DNA of 64,000 nucleotides from Candidatus Brocadiia bacterium (lineage in GTDB: Bacteria > Planctomycetota > Brocadiia > CAIUPP01). Position numbers and translations under genes: made by a program. Positions 1 to 10,097 of the stretch are shown here, piece by piece; the stretch's first letter is position 1; each line of letters begins with the position of its first letter. The stretch covers positions 1-64,000 of the forward strand of contig JBEKCB010000004.1 of assembly GCA_050015075.1 (NCBI GenBank). The letters run 5' to 3'. Under the pieces are notes generated by a model, which was not told the DNA's origin, made no database searches, and worked only from the letters and a program-made list of their open reading frames with translations.

Positions 1-268
1 CGAACGTGTCCAGCCCCTTGCATCGCAGCAACACCCGGTCGCGCGCCAGGACCTCGTCGCCCACCGAGAAGTTGCGCGAGTAAATCCAGTCCGCCTCGCC
101 GACCCATTTCACCTTCAGCTCATTGTCGCGATAGAACGGGTCCTCGATTGCGCCCGCTTTGAGAAGGTCCGTGTGCACGCAGCCGGGCACGGTCGCCGGG
201 AATCGCTGTCCGCTGCCCACGCGCTGGAGTTTCCAGGCGCCGCCCAGATCGATTGTGAAGTTCGGCAA
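1..268 (-). CDS. Glycoside hydrolase family 2 (beta-mannosidase-like), N-terminal part; runs off the window edge
   Basis: Own translation from TTG at 268 (AGGGAG upstream): MPNFTIDLGGAWKL...PATVPGCVHTDLLKAGAIEDPFYRDNELKVKWVGEADWIYSRNF, the typical beta-mannosidase N-terminus. Confidence 0.85.
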   Translation of the reverse strand, partial: MPNFTIDLGGAWKLQRVGSGQRFPATVPGCVHTDLLKAGAIEDPFYRDNELKVKWVGEADWIYSRNFSVGDEVLARDRVLLRCKGLDTF

Positions 269-455
269 GGCGATCTCCCTTAATGGCCCATGAATCGCGA
301 GGCTGGGCGGAATTTAGCTTCCGCGAATGGAAAAAGCAACCGAGGTTCCCGGCGCAAACGGCTGCGTGTGGCTTGACGGGGAGTGACCCTGGTCGTGAGA
401 ATATGATGCAGGTGGCGCAGGTACGGCAGCTGGCAGAGTGGAAAGGACAAACCCT

Positions 456-1670
456 ATGTCCGTCAGGTCATCGGCCGAACGAGCCGTGGAACAAGGAAAA
501 GGCATTCTGCGCCTGGCGCCCAACTGGGTGCCGCGAGTGTACTGCGTCCCGGGTCGCCGCATCAAACTTCACCCCGACGATTACTATGCGCTCGGAAGCC
601 GGCGCGGCGGGATTGACGAACGCTGGTTCGCTTCCACCACCCCGGCTGACAACGGGCCGCTCACCGCTCCGAACGAAGGGCTCAGTTTCATCGTGCTCGA
701 GGACGGTCCCCGCACGGAGCGCATCCTCTTGCGGGACGCCATCGAGGAACTCAAGGAGCGCATTGTCGGACAACGAATCTGGAGCAAGCACCGCCGCTGG
801 CCCATGTACGCGAAGTTCTTCGACAACAAGGGCGCGCTGCCGCACCACATCCACCAGCGCGACGAGCACGCGCGGTTGACCGGACAGCTCGGCAAACCCG
901 AGGCCTACTATTTCCCGCCGCAGGCGAACAACCACACAGGCGATTTCCCTTACACCTTCTTCGGACTCAATCCGGGAACGACGAAGGACCAGCTTCGAGA
1001 GTGCCTCGTGGATTTCGCCAGGGGCGACAACAAGATCACGAACATCTCCCGCGCCTATCGCCTCGAGGTCGGGACCGGCTGGGATGTGCCGCCGGGAGTC
1101 CTTCACGCGCCCGGCAGCCTTTGCACCTATGAGCCTCAAAAAGCGTCTGACGTCTTCGCCATGTACCAGTCCCTGACCGGGGATCAGGTCGTCCCGAATG
1201 AACTGCTTTGGAAGAACACGCCCCAGGACAAGCTCGACGATCTCGACTATTTGATCTCCGTGCTGGATTGGGACCTGAACGTGGACCCGGATTTCAGCGA
1301 GCATCGCTTTATGCGCCCCAAGCCGGCGCGCCCGCCGGAGCAGACGGCGGCCGAGGGATACATGGAGAATTGGATCTGCTACAAGTCCGCCGCGTTCAGC
1401 GCCAGGGAATTGACCGTATTGCCCGGCGCGACCGTCACGGTCCGCGACGCAGCCGCCTACGGCCTTATCATGATGCAAGGGCACGGCAAGATGGGAGTGT
1501 GGGACATCGAGACGCCCAGCATGATTCGCTATGGCCAGTTGACCTATGACGAGTTCTTCGTCACGGAAGATGCCGCGCGGAGCGGCGTCACGATCGCCAA
1601 TCTCTCCAAGGCGGACCCGATCGTAATGCTCAAACATTTCGGGCCGGATAACCCCGAGATGATGCTTTGA
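456..1670 (+). CDS. Cupin-fold, mannose-6-phosphate isomerase-like protein
   Basis: KFFDNKGALPHHIHQ, GKPEAYYF and VPPGVLHAPG..YEPQKASD metal-binding motifs of class I PMI/cupins; GTG at 438 is an alternative start. Confidence 0.75.
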   Translation: MSVRSSAERAVEQGKGILRLAPNWVPRVYCVPGRRIKLHPDDYYALGSRRGGIDERWFASTTPADNGPLTAPNEGLSFIVLEDGPRTERILLRDAIEELKERIVGQRIWSKHRRWPMYAKFFDNKGALPHHIHQRDEHARLTGQLGKPEAYYFPPQANNHTGDFPYTFFGLNPGTTKDQLRECLVDFARGDNKITNISRAYRLEVGTGWDVPPGVLHAPGSLCTYEPQKASDVFAMYQSLTGDQVVPNELLWKNTPQDKLDDLDYLISVLDWDLNVDPDFSEHRFMRPKPARPPEQTAAEGYMENWICYKSAAFSARELTVLPGATVTVRDAAAYGLIMMQGHGKMGVWDIETPSMIRYGQLTYDEFFVTEDAARSGVTIANLSKADPIVMLKHFGPDNPEMML

Positions 1671-1676
1671 CCGCTC

Positions 1677-1725
1677 GTAGTGTGCCCGTCAGGGCATACG
1701 GACCAGCGCCTGACGGCGCCACTAC
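1677..1725. repeat. GTAG-type palindromic element / bidirectional terminator between convergent genes
   Basis: gtagtg..ccgtcagg...cctgacgg..cactac imperfect inverted repeat. Confidence 0.5.
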
Positions 1726-1731
1726 AAGCTG

Positions 1732-3009
1732 CTAAGGGCCGGGAGGCTCGGGCGGATCGCGGCTCAGCGCAGGCTCCAGGGTTCGCACGCCCTCTTCACG
1801 CCGCTCCACGACAGGCGTGGGGTGCCTCACGCGCCAGGCGATAAAGAGCGAGACGAAGAGGAGCAACTCGCCGGAGAGGGTGAACGTGGCGCGGTAGCTT
1901 CTCATGAACACCGAGAAGTAAGCGCCGACCAGCGGGCCGAGCGACCAGCCCAGGCTGGTTACCGACGAGACGATGCCGAAGGCCTTGCCCATACTCTGCT
2001 CGGGCGCGACCTTCCGTATGAGAGCGCTGGCCGTCGGGAAGATTCCCGCCATCCCGAATCCAAACAGGACGCGGATCAGAATGAGTTGCCCAATTGTTTG
2101 CGAGTAAGCCTGCAGCGAGGCCATGATGCCGCCCCAGACGACACAGAACATCAGGACTCTCTTCTGCCCCCAGCGGTCTCCGAAGAACCCGAACATCCAG
2201 GCCGAACTGGCCTCAACCGGCCCCACAATCGAGAGGATCAAGCCGGTCAAGGCCCCTGCTTCCGCGTCGCTCATGGCCGAGATGCGCTTCACGAAATATG
2301 GGAAGATCGGCCCGGGCGCGGTCGCGGAGAAGTTGATCAGGCACAGCGTCACCACCGGCACGATGAACGCACCCGTCTTCAACAAAGGCAGGAACGAGCC
2401 TCTCACGTCGGTCTTGGCCGCCACGGAGCGCGTGAACTTCTCCCGGACGGCAAAATGCACGATGAGCCCGCCGAGAACCAGAATCCCGCCGGCGAGGAAG
2501 AACGTCGGTTCGTAGCCGAAGAACTTCGCCGAGTATCCGCCCAGCACCGGGCCGATGTATTGGCCGCTGGTCGAGGAGACGATCAGCGTGCCCAGGACGG
2601 TCCCGGCGCGTTCCTTCGGGGTGATGCTTGCCGCAAGGGCCATGCTTGCACCCACTGTCCCGGTCAGCATGCCCTGGAGGATCCGCAGGATCAGCAGGTG
2701 CGTGATGTTCTGCGCGCAGCCCATCAGCGCGATGACCACCGCCCCGCCGAGCATGGCTCGGAGGACCATGGGCTTCCTGCCGTACCGGTCGGCGAGCAGG
2801 CCCCAGATCGGCGAGAACACGACCATGGGCAGGCCGCCGGCCATCATGATAATCCCGGCCCATTTGTCCGCCTCCGGGCCTTCCGGAATGGGCACGGGCA
2901 GGTGCTTGATATAGAAAGACAGGAACGGCATGACGAAACTGAACCCGAGCATCGCGATGAACTGCGCGATGCACAAGGCGTAGAATGTCTTCTTCCACGG
3001 AGGGCTCAT
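1732..3009 (-). CDS. MFS transporter (DHA1/MdtG-like)
   Basis: About 12 hydrophobic segments; WGLLADRYGRKPM motif A; LRILQG motif; start MSPPWKK. Confidence 0.9.
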   Translation of the reverse strand: MSPPWKKTFYALCIAQFIAMLGFSFVMPFLSFYIKHLPVPIPEGPEADKWAGIIMMAGGLPMVVFSPIWGLLADRYGRKPMVLRAMLGGAVVIALMGCAQNITHLLILRILQGMLTGTVGASMALAASITPKERAGTVLGTLIVSSTSGQYIGPVLGGYSAKFFGYEPTFFLAGGILVLGGLIVHFAVREKFTRSVAAKTDVRGSFLPLLKTGAFIVPVVTLCLINFSATAPGPIFPYFVKRISAMSDAEAGALTGLILSIVGPVEASSAWMFGFFGDRWGQKRVLMFCVVWGGIMASLQAYSQTIGQLILIRVLFGFGMAGIFPTASALIRKVAPEQSMGKAFGIVSSVTSLGWSLGPLVGAYFSVFMRSYRATFTLSGELLLFVSLFIAWRVRHPTPVVERREEGVRTLEPALSRDPPEPPGP

Positions 3010-3151
3010 TCGGACGTCCCGGTGCAAATGTGCAGAAAGACAGCAAGCGGGCGCGCATGACTCGCCCGCTTCACTGAGATTCGGATTACACGTTCCGCGC
3101 ATTATACGGCGCGTGCCCGGATTCCGGCAAATCATCCGGAGTCCCGGCGGT

Positions 3152-3181
3152 TTGACGACCGATTGCAAATCGCGGTATAAG
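3152..3181 (+). promoter_or_regulatory. Putative sigma70 promoter for the 990-aa gene
   Basis: TTGACG-18nt-TATAAG, followed by GGAGGAG RBS. Confidence 0.45.
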
Positions 3182-3211
3182 CACTGGGCGATTTAGAGGG
3201 AGGAGTTCGAA

Positions 3212-6184
3212 ATGATCGGTCCAAACTTCGTGCGACATGGCCGTCTCGTTGCCGGCATGCTTCTCATGGCAGCATTCGCTCCATCAGTCTCAGCGGCGGC
3301 ACCGCTCCCGTTGACGAACCACAAGTCGGGCATCTCGGTCTCGCTGTCCGGCAGCAATGGAGCTGACTGGGCCGTCGAGATGACTTACCATGATGAGGAG
3401 ATTGCCGACCAGATCCTCTACGTCAAATCGTCGGTCAACTTCTCCCTGGCCCACAACGCCAATAACACTCTCGAGATTGACAGCGCGTCGAAGCTCCCGC
3501 ATGTCCTGGGCACGACGGTGCCGAAGGACGCTCCCAACGGCGGCGAAATCCGTTACAAGATTGACCGCGACCAGCAGGCGCACGCCTACTGCGGCCCAGG
3601 CGGCTCCCTGCCGCCCTTCGCTGTGGCTTACGCGGCGCCGTTCAACTTCGACACGCTGACCTACAGCGACGCGGCCCGCACGCCTGTGCTGGGCAAGATC
3701 GGGGACAATGGTCTGCCCTATGGCAATTCGCCGCAGGCGACGAAGGCCCGCTTCTGCTACGGGCAGCGCGACGCCTTCGGCAACGAGTGGCACGTGCTGA
3801 CTTATTGGGACAATGACGTGCCGCTGTGCTCCGCCCTGCACGTTGACGGCGGGCGGGCCGAAGGCTCCGACGGCTATTGCGTCCCGGTCTGCGTCAACCC
3901 GCTGACTCCGATCGTGCAGCTCACTGCCGGCGGCTCAGCGCAGTACTATACAACGCCGCTGAAGACCTACCACATCCCGAAAATCTGGGACCGCACGACC
4001 TACCTGACCTCCGGCGTGCAGATCAGTTTCGTGAACCTGACCAACAGCGCCGCGGTGATGTATCGCGTGGACGGCGGCGCGTGGCAAACCTGGTCCGGCG
4101 CGCCGTTGCTCACGGAGGCGCTCTTCTCCGGGTCGAATTCCTCGCACGTGCTCGAAGCCAAGTGCGGCGATTCCGGCGCGGCGCTGAGCCGCGCGATCGT
4201 GTTCAAGCCGGATTATCCTGCCCCGGCGGAGCATCACGGCTACCTGCTCTGGGCCGACGAGGCCGAGCGCCAGGCCCTGATCCACAAGCTCAAGAACGTA
4301 CAGCCGTTCAAGATTTCCTATGAGAACTGCTTCCGCAGCGACAGTTGGGTCCAGGGGTTGCCGGGGAAGCTTACGGACCAGCGCGGCGTCTGGCGCTTCT
4401 GGCCGGGCCTGGTGGGCAATGCCCTGTCCAACGCCCTCGTCGTGGCCGTCGAAGGCCCAGAGACGCCGGTCGCGCCGCTCCTCAAGCAGCGGCTGCTGTG
4501 GATGTCGCGGCTCGAGCCGATCGGCTTCGAGTGCCACATTGACGAGATCACGCCGGCGAAGGACTACCTCAGCGAACTCGGCCAGACGGAAGAGCTGTGG
4601 GTTGACGCGGCCGTCGCGTACGACATCGCGGCGGGATTCTATCGCAGCACACAGGACCCCGGCGGCCTGACGCCGATCGAGGAGATTCTGGTGCGCGACG
4701 GCCTGGCCAAGGTCGCTAAGAGCCTGCTCCAGTTCCGAGACAATTATTCGGCCACCAACGGCGGCGGCGACTCGCACTGGCCGCTGGGCTACGAACTGAG
4801 CCTGGCCGCCATCGCCATGGCCATGCCGACCTACAAGACGCCCTGCTACGGGGCCAGCGGCGGTGACCGTCAGACGATCAATGATCTCCACGACGTCAAC
4901 GGCAAGTACTGGAACCCGTTCCCCGACCAGGGCGCGACGTGGTACGCCGCGGCAACCGACCCGTGGATCGCGCGGCCGGGCTATCCGAATAACGTCTACT
5001 CGTTCCGCTCGGACTACCTGATCACCGACGACGGCTGGTGGGCGGGCGCGAACGATATGGTCGGCGCGCCGTGCAACGCCGGCGGCGGCAGCGACCGCTA
5101 TGTCACCGGCCCCAACGGCACCAAACTGGTTGACGTCCTGTACGGCGATATGGCCAATGCCGAGTGCCGCGTGGAACTGCAGGAGATGAACGGCTACGAA
5201 AACCCGTTTGTCGAGCGCATTGCGGTCCTCGATTGCATGCGCCGCATCAAGGGCGACACGACGCAGGCCGGGTGTGTGACCAACTACCTGCGCCGCCTGC
5301 TGACCAACGGCGCGGTGACCGTCACGTGGAACCCGAAGACGAAGATCTACACGCCCGATGCGCCGCGCGTCGAACCGGCGGTCTGCACCTTCAACCACCA
5401 TTACGAATTCGCCTCGCTGCCCGGCCCGATGGGACTGGTCAACCGCTTCCTGAGCGACCTGAAGGCCTACTACGGCATCAGCGGCGCCATTGACAAGGCC
5501 ACGCATGACCGCATTGAGAATGACACGCGGAAAATCTTCTACGAGCCGTACGGCCTGATCCTGTGCGAAGACCCGGCGACTCTGCCGCCGCACGCGCCGG
5601 AACGCAACCACCCGCCGGTCGTCAAGCCGCTGTTCAAGTACGTGGTCAAGCCCGGCGAGCCCTGTGTGAAGTACGTCGTCGCGTGCTCCCCGGACTGCAA
5701 CCCGCTGAAGATCACCGTCAGCGGCCTGCCCGATGGCGCCACCTGGGACCCGGAAGCCCGGGTCATCAAATGGATGCCGACGGCCAACGACGCCGGCGTG
5801 CATGTCGTGAAGGTCACGGCCGACGACGGCAAGGCCGCTACGACGCGGCCCTTCGCCATGATCGTCAAGGCGGACGCCGGTTCAGGCCGCACTCCTGCGG
5901 CGCCGGCGAACGTTACAGCCGCCCTGACGGCCGATAAGTCGGCCGTGGTGCTCAACTGGACGAAGCCCTCGGACGTCGCCGTCGCGGCCTACGCCATCTA
6001 TCGCGACGGGATCCTCTGGGCGTCGGCGCCCGCCGACGCGACCGCCTGGACCGACAGCGAATTGATCCTGCCCTCGTCGAAAACTCGTTACTATGTCTCG
6101 CTCTGGGCCGTGAACGGCGCGGAGTCGAGCGCCACGACGGCCGCGCCGGACATCATCGAGGTGCCGGCCGCCGACAACCCGTAA
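3212..6184 (+). CDS. Large secreted protein with helical core, putative Ig (He_PIG) domain and C-terminal FN3-like domain
   Basis: Signal peptide (..APSVSAAA); GLPDGATWDPEARVIKWMPT..DAGVHVVKVTADDG Ig motif; PAAPANVTA..VVLNW..YAIYRDG FN3 motif. Confidence 0.7.
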   Translation: MIGPNFVRHGRLVAGMLLMAAFAPSVSAAAPLPLTNHKSGISVSLSGSNGADWAVEMTYHDEEIADQILYVKSSVNFSLAHNANNTLEIDSASKLPHVLGTTVPKDAPNGGEIRYKIDRDQQAHAYCGPGGSLPPFAVAYAAPFNFDTLTYSDAARTPVLGKIGDNGLPYGNSPQATKARFCYGQRDAFGNEWHVLTYWDNDVPLCSALHVDGGRAEGSDGYCVPVCVNPLTPIVQLTAGGSAQYYTTPLKTYHIPKIWDRTTYLTSGVQISFVNLTNSAAVMYRVDGGAWQTWSGAPLLTEALFSGSNSSHVLEAKCGDSGAALSRAIVFKPDYPAPAEHHGYLLWADEAERQALIHKLKNVQPFKISYENCFRSDSWVQGLPGKLTDQRGVWRFWPGLVGNALSNALVVAVEGPETPVAPLLKQRLLWMSRLEPIGFECHIDEITPAKDYLSELGQTEELWVDAAVAYDIAAGFYRSTQDPGGLTPIEEILVRDGLAKVAKSLLQFRDNYSATNGGGDSHWPLGYELSLAAIAMAMPTYKTPCYGASGGDRQTINDLHDVNGKYWNPFPDQGATWYAAATDPWIARPGYPNNVYSFRSDYLITDDGWWAGANDMVGAPCNAGGGSDRYVTGPNGTKLVDVLYGDMANAECRVELQEMNGYENPFVERIAVLDCMRRIKGDTTQAGCVTNYLRRLLTNGAVTVTWNPKTKIYTPDAPRVEPAVCTFNHHYEFASLPGPMGLVNRFLSDLKAYYGISGAIDKATHDRIENDTRKIFYEPYGLILCEDPATLPPHAPERNHPPVVKPLFKYVVKPGEPCVKYVVACSPDCNPLKITVSGLPDGATWDPEARVIKWMPTANDAGVHVVKVTADDGKAATTRPFAMIVKADAGSGRTPAAPANVTAALTADKSAVVLNWTKPSDVAVAAYAIYRDGILWASAPADATAWTDSELILPSSKTRYYVSLWAVNGAESSATTAAPDIIEVPAADNP

Positions 6185-6242
6185 ACGCATTCGGATCCGG
6201 CTCTCAGGGCGTCGTCAGAAGCAGCGAAATGGACCTGATTGC

Positions 6243-6752
6243 ATGGAACGTCGAGAACTTCGAACGACTCCGCAGTTCGTCCGAAAACGGGCCAAGCACT
6301 ACCTAAAGTGGAACTTGATTATCTTTGTGGTATTCGCAGCGTCAGGTGCTCTATTATTCTATCAGGGAGTGCCGGTGCTGCATGCCGTTGGATGTATCTT
6401 CCTTCTTTTTTCGTCCTTATTGCTGCTAATCCCCTTCGGCAATCTTGGAGATATGCTATGGCGTAGTGAGCAGGCGGCAAAAGCCATGCTTTACGTTGAC
6501 GAGTCGCGTTTAGCGACCTTTGAGGAAAGCAGATGGCAGTACGTGGACTTGACTGATATTGAATCAATTAAAACTATGTGGTCAGGCCGGAAGATCAGGA
6601 TTTGCCGAAGGCGAAGGATTCTGGGCCTCGTCCTTGAAAAGGACCTCAATACGCCTTATTTTGAGCGTCGAGAGCTGGAGGATTTTCTCGCCTGCGTACG
6701 GCAGGCAGCAATGCAGGCACACAGGCAGGCGACCGACGAACGACGGGGATGA
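6243..6752 (+). CDS. Hypothetical membrane protein (2 TM plus soluble, PH-like tail)
   Basis: 169-aa ORF with two hydrophobic helices; visibly more AT-rich than neighbours. Confidence 0.55.
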   Translation: MERRELRTTPQFVRKRAKHYLKWNLIIFVVFAASGALLFYQGVPVLHAVGCIFLLFSSLLLLIPFGNLGDMLWRSEQAAKAMLYVDESRLATFEESRWQYVDLTDIESIKTMWSGRKIRICRRRRILGLVLEKDLNTPYFERRELEDFLACVRQAAMQAHRQATDERRG

Positions 6753-6756
6753 CGAC

Positions 6757-8349
6757 TCAGATGCATGGAAAGCTGACGGTGAACGTGGAGCCCCGGCCGA
6801 CGTGGCTTTCCACGTGGACGCTGCCTCCGTAACGGGTGACGAGCGCCTTGACGAAGGCCAATCCGAGCCCGGAACCCGCAATGCCCTTCCGCACCGCTTG
6901 CGGGCCTCGAAAGAACTCGCTGAAAAGGCGCAAAGAATCCTTGTCCGAGATGCCAGGACCGTGGTCGCGGACGCTGGCGAAAAAGGACCCGTTCTCCACG
7001 CCGCCCGATATGACCACATCGCCGTTGCCGCCTGAGTACTTGACCGCGTTCTCGATGAGGTTCGCGAAGATGATGCGCAGGCCGGCGGGATCGGCGCGGA
7101 TTCCGGGCGAGCCGGCCGGCAGTTCGACACGCAGCCGCAGGTTTTCCGCTTCCGCCGCCTTCCTGTGATTCTCGGCCACTTCGCGGATGACGGCTACGAT
7201 ATCCACAGCCGTGCAGTCCGCCAGGGCGCGGCCGTCGCGGATCGCCATGAGTTCCGCCAGTTTCTTCGACAGTTCCTGCACGACGACAACTTTGGCGAGC
7301 GCGCCGCGCATGAGAGAGTCCCTGTCCTCGGCCGACAGGCGGTCTCCCAGCTTGGCAAGCGTCGAGACACAGGTATGCGCCGTGGCCAGCGGGGAGACGA
7401 TCTGATGCATCAGGAGGGCGACAAATCGCGACTTCGCCTGGTCAACGCGGCGCATCTCCTGAACCTGGCCCGACAGATGCGCGCTTTGAAGCGCGAGGCT
7501 GGCGATGATGCCGACCTCCGCCAGAAACCATTCGTCGTCCTCGCTGAAATGATCGCGCCGGCTATTGAGGACCTCGACCACCGCGACGACGGCATTGGGA
7601 GACGCCGGGTCTTCCTCACCGGCGGGCGAAGTCTCGCGCCGTCCGTGGATCGGGACGGCAAGCACGTTGCGCACCGGGAAACCGTACTGCTGCTGAAAAC
7701 CCTGGCGCACGTGAAGTGTCGGAAAGATATAGGAAAGTTCTGCGGAAGTGTCGAAGATGTTGACCATGGTATCGTGCTTTGCGGCGTAGCCGGCGGGTGA
7801 GTCGTCGGCAATCGGCACGTCGAAGCCGACCAGGTCCTGCCCGAACATTGCGGCGGCGGTAAGCTGCTTGTCACCCTGCTCCAGCAAATAGACGATACCG
7901 TGTTCCGCGTCGCAGCCGATGGACGCCTGCCGGGCGATCGTCCGAAGGAGCGCGCCGGCGTCGCTGTGACGCGTGATATCCTGGCACACCGTCAGCAGGT
8001 GCTCGAGGTCCGCGAACCGGCGGCGAAGCCACGAGGTTTCGCCCGGCTCGCCGGCCTTGCCTCCCGGCGGCGGAGCCAGCGTGATCGTCCGGAATTGCTC
8101 GCCTTCCTCCTCTTTGACGCGCCGGAAGAACGGGCATAGCCTGCAGAGCGACCGCTTCCGTGGCACGGACGGCTGATGATGGTCCAGGCATAATGTGCCC
8201 GCGATTCCCCAACAGATGCGCCCCCCGTTTTTGCCGCCGTTGATCCCGTCAGACGCGGCATCGAGCGCGGTGGGACAGGTTCCCTTCTTCGAGGAGTCGG
8301 CCCCGGGTCCGCGGCCGCACGCCATGACTTCCCAGCAATTGAGTTTCAA
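6757..8349 (-). CDS. Cytoplasmic sensor histidine kinase: Cys-rich two-CW domain + GAF + HisKA + HATPase
   Basis: N-term CWEVMAC..CP..CWGIAGTLC..CRLC; GAF (NVLAVPI, VEVLNS..FSEDDE); H-box MHQIVSPL; NLIENAVKY, DHGPGI, GSGLGL. Confidence 0.9.
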   Translation of the reverse strand: MKLNCWEVMACGRGPGADSSKKGTCPTALDAASDGINGGKNGGRICWGIAGTLCLDHHQPSVPRKRSLCRLCPFFRRVKEEEGEQFRTITLAPPPGGKAGEPGETSWLRRRFADLEHLLTVCQDITRHSDAGALLRTIARQASIGCDAEHGIVYLLEQGDKQLTAAAMFGQDLVGFDVPIADDSPAGYAAKHDTMVNIFDTSAELSYIFPTLHVRQGFQQQYGFPVRNVLAVPIHGRRETSPAGEEDPASPNAVVAVVEVLNSRRDHFSEDDEWFLAEVGIIASLALQSAHLSGQVQEMRRVDQAKSRFVALLMHQIVSPLATAHTCVSTLAKLGDRLSAEDRDSLMRGALAKVVVVQELSKKLAELMAIRDGRALADCTAVDIVAVIREVAENHRKAAEAENLRLRVELPAGSPGIRADPAGLRIIFANLIENAVKYSGGNGDVVISGGVENGSFFASVRDHGPGISDKDSLRLFSEFFRGPQAVRKGIAGSGLGLAFVKALVTRYGGSVHVESHVGRGSTFTVSFPCI

Positions 8350-8428
8350 TTCTATGGCCCGAAAGAACCGGTACCGGGGCGGCCGATGCGCCGTGCGCGT
8401 GCGTCGAAGGCTGGGGACCTTCGGCTCG

Positions 8429-9430
8429 TCAGGGCTCGCGGGAAGGCACGGCCGCCTCGACCTCCGGCCTGGGAAACAGGCCGGCCGCCTTCACGATATC
8501 CGGCACGGCTTCCTCCCACTCGATCGCCTGGATATGCACGCCGCTCACGCCCTCGATTTCGCGGAGTTGCTGAATCAACTCGACCGAAATTTTCTTGCCC
8601 TCCTCGCGGGCCTTGTCCTTCTTGACGCCGGCCATGCGCTGGATCAGCGCATCGGGGACCTTCACGCCCGCCACCGAGGACTGCATGTAGCGAAGCATCC
8701 CAGCGCTCTTGGGCACAATCACGCCTGCGAGGATGCAGGTCCGCGTGTGCAGGCCGCGGTCCCGCGCGCGCGACATGATGCCCTTGAACTCCTCGATGTC
8801 GTATACGCCCTGGGTCTGGATAAAGTCAGCGCCCGCTGCCACTTTCTTTGCCAGACGGAGAACGCGGATATCGCCCACTTCCTTCACCGGCGTCCAGGCC
8901 GCCCCGATGAAGAGCCGCGGCCCGCCGTGCTCAATCGCGTCTCCGCCCTCGAGCAGCCCCTCGTCGCGCATCTTCTTCAGCATGGCCACCAGTTGGATCG
9001 AGTCCACGTCATAGACGTTCTTCGCGCCCGGATGACCCTTCAACTTGCCGGCCGCGCCGAAGGACTGGTGGTCGCCCGCGATGCAGAGGCAGTTGCGGAT
9101 GCCGAAGCTCGCCGCGCCCAGGACATCGCTCTGGATGGCGATCCGGTTGCGGTCTCGGCAGGTCATCTGCATTACCGGTTCGATCCCGCGCTGAATCAGC
9201 AGGACGGCCGCGGCGATGCTCGAGAGGCGCACCACGGCGGTCTGGTTATCGGTGATATTGAGCGCGTCGGCATAACTGCGGAGCAGATCGCCCTTGGTCA
9301 CCACCACGCTCGGGTCGCAGCCCGGCGGCGGGCCGATCTCCGCGGTCACGGCGAACTGCCCGCTGCGGAGCACCCGCTCGAGCCGGCTGCCGGAGATGAG
9401 AGGTTTCGCGGCTATGTCAAGGCTTGGCAA
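8429..9430 (-). CDS. metF: Methylenetetrahydrofolate reductase
   Basis: AVTAEIGPP, NITDNQTAVVRLSS, MQMTCRDRNRIAIQSD, AGDH, KKVAAGADFIQTQ. Confidence 0.93.
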   Translation of the reverse strand: MPSLDIAAKPLISGSRLERVLRSGQFAVTAEIGPPPGCDPSVVVTKGDLLRSYADALNITDNQTAVVRLSSIAAAVLLIQRGIEPVMQMTCRDRNRIAIQSDVLGAASFGIRNCLCIAGDHQSFGAAGKLKGHPGAKNVYDVDSIQLVAMLKKMRDEGLLEGGDAIEHGGPRLFIGAAWTPVKEVGDIRVLRLAKKVAAGADFIQTQGVYDIEEFKGIMSRARDRGLHTRTCILAGVIVPKSAGMLRYMQSSVAGVKVPDALIQRMAGVKKDKAREEGKKISVELIQQLREIEGVSGVHIQAIEWEEAVPDIVKAAGLFPRPEVEAAVPSREP

Positions 9431-10097
9431 TTTTCAAGTCCTCCCTTTTCACTCGACGAGGCCCGCCATGATGCGACGAGGCCCAGTTCTTGGGCGCAAT
9501 GTACGTGGAGGCGAGGTCGTCCAGCTTCCCCAGCGCCTGCGCCCGCTCCACAATCTTTATCCATCCGCAGTCCGTCTCGGGGTTGATCTCGCATTTCCCG
9601 TCCTTCGAGCCGCCGCACGGGCCGTTCAATATGCTCTTGCTGCACCGCGCGATGGGGCAGATGCCGAACGTCCGGTCGAGGACGCAGTCGCCGCAACCGC
9701 TGCACATCTCCTGCCACTGCCCATGCTCCGTCGTGGCGCCGATAAAGAGTGTGTCGACGCCCGGGAAAACGCGAATGGCGCCGAGGTGGTCCGCCAGGAG
9801 GTTCGTGCCCGCGCCGCAGGAGAAGGACACGACCGCGTCCGGCTTGTCGTCTCCGGCGAGCACCGGCTCGACGAATTCCCAATCGCAGACCCGCTGGCAG
9901 GTTGCCGCGCGGACCTCAAGGTCCATTCCCTTGTCCGCGGCCATGACCGGCAGCAGACAGGCCATTTCTTCCGTCTCTTTCTCGCCGCCGGCAAAGCAAA
10001 CCGCCGCGCAGGAGCCGCACCCGAGGAGCAGCACCTTCCGATACGGCGCCAGGAATGCAAGTATGCTCTCGATCGGCTTTCGGCGGACGACAATCAT
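9417..10097 (-). CDS. metV: MetV, Fe-S subunit of methylene-THF reductase
   Basis: GCGSCAAVC, CSGCGDC, CPIARCSKSILNGPCGG..GKCE..DCGW; overlaps metF start. Confidence 0.9.
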   Translation of the reverse strand: MIVVRRKPIESILAFLAPYRKVLLLGCGSCAAVCFAGGEKETEEMACLLPVMAADKGMDLEVRAATCQRVCDWEFVEPVLAGDDKPDAVVSFSCGAGTNLLADHLGAIRVFPGVDTLFIGATTEHGQWQEMCSGCGDCVLDRTFGICPIARCSKSILNGPCGGSKDGKCEINPETDCGWIKIVERAQALGKLDDLASTYIAPKNWASSHHGGPRRVKREDLKIAKP

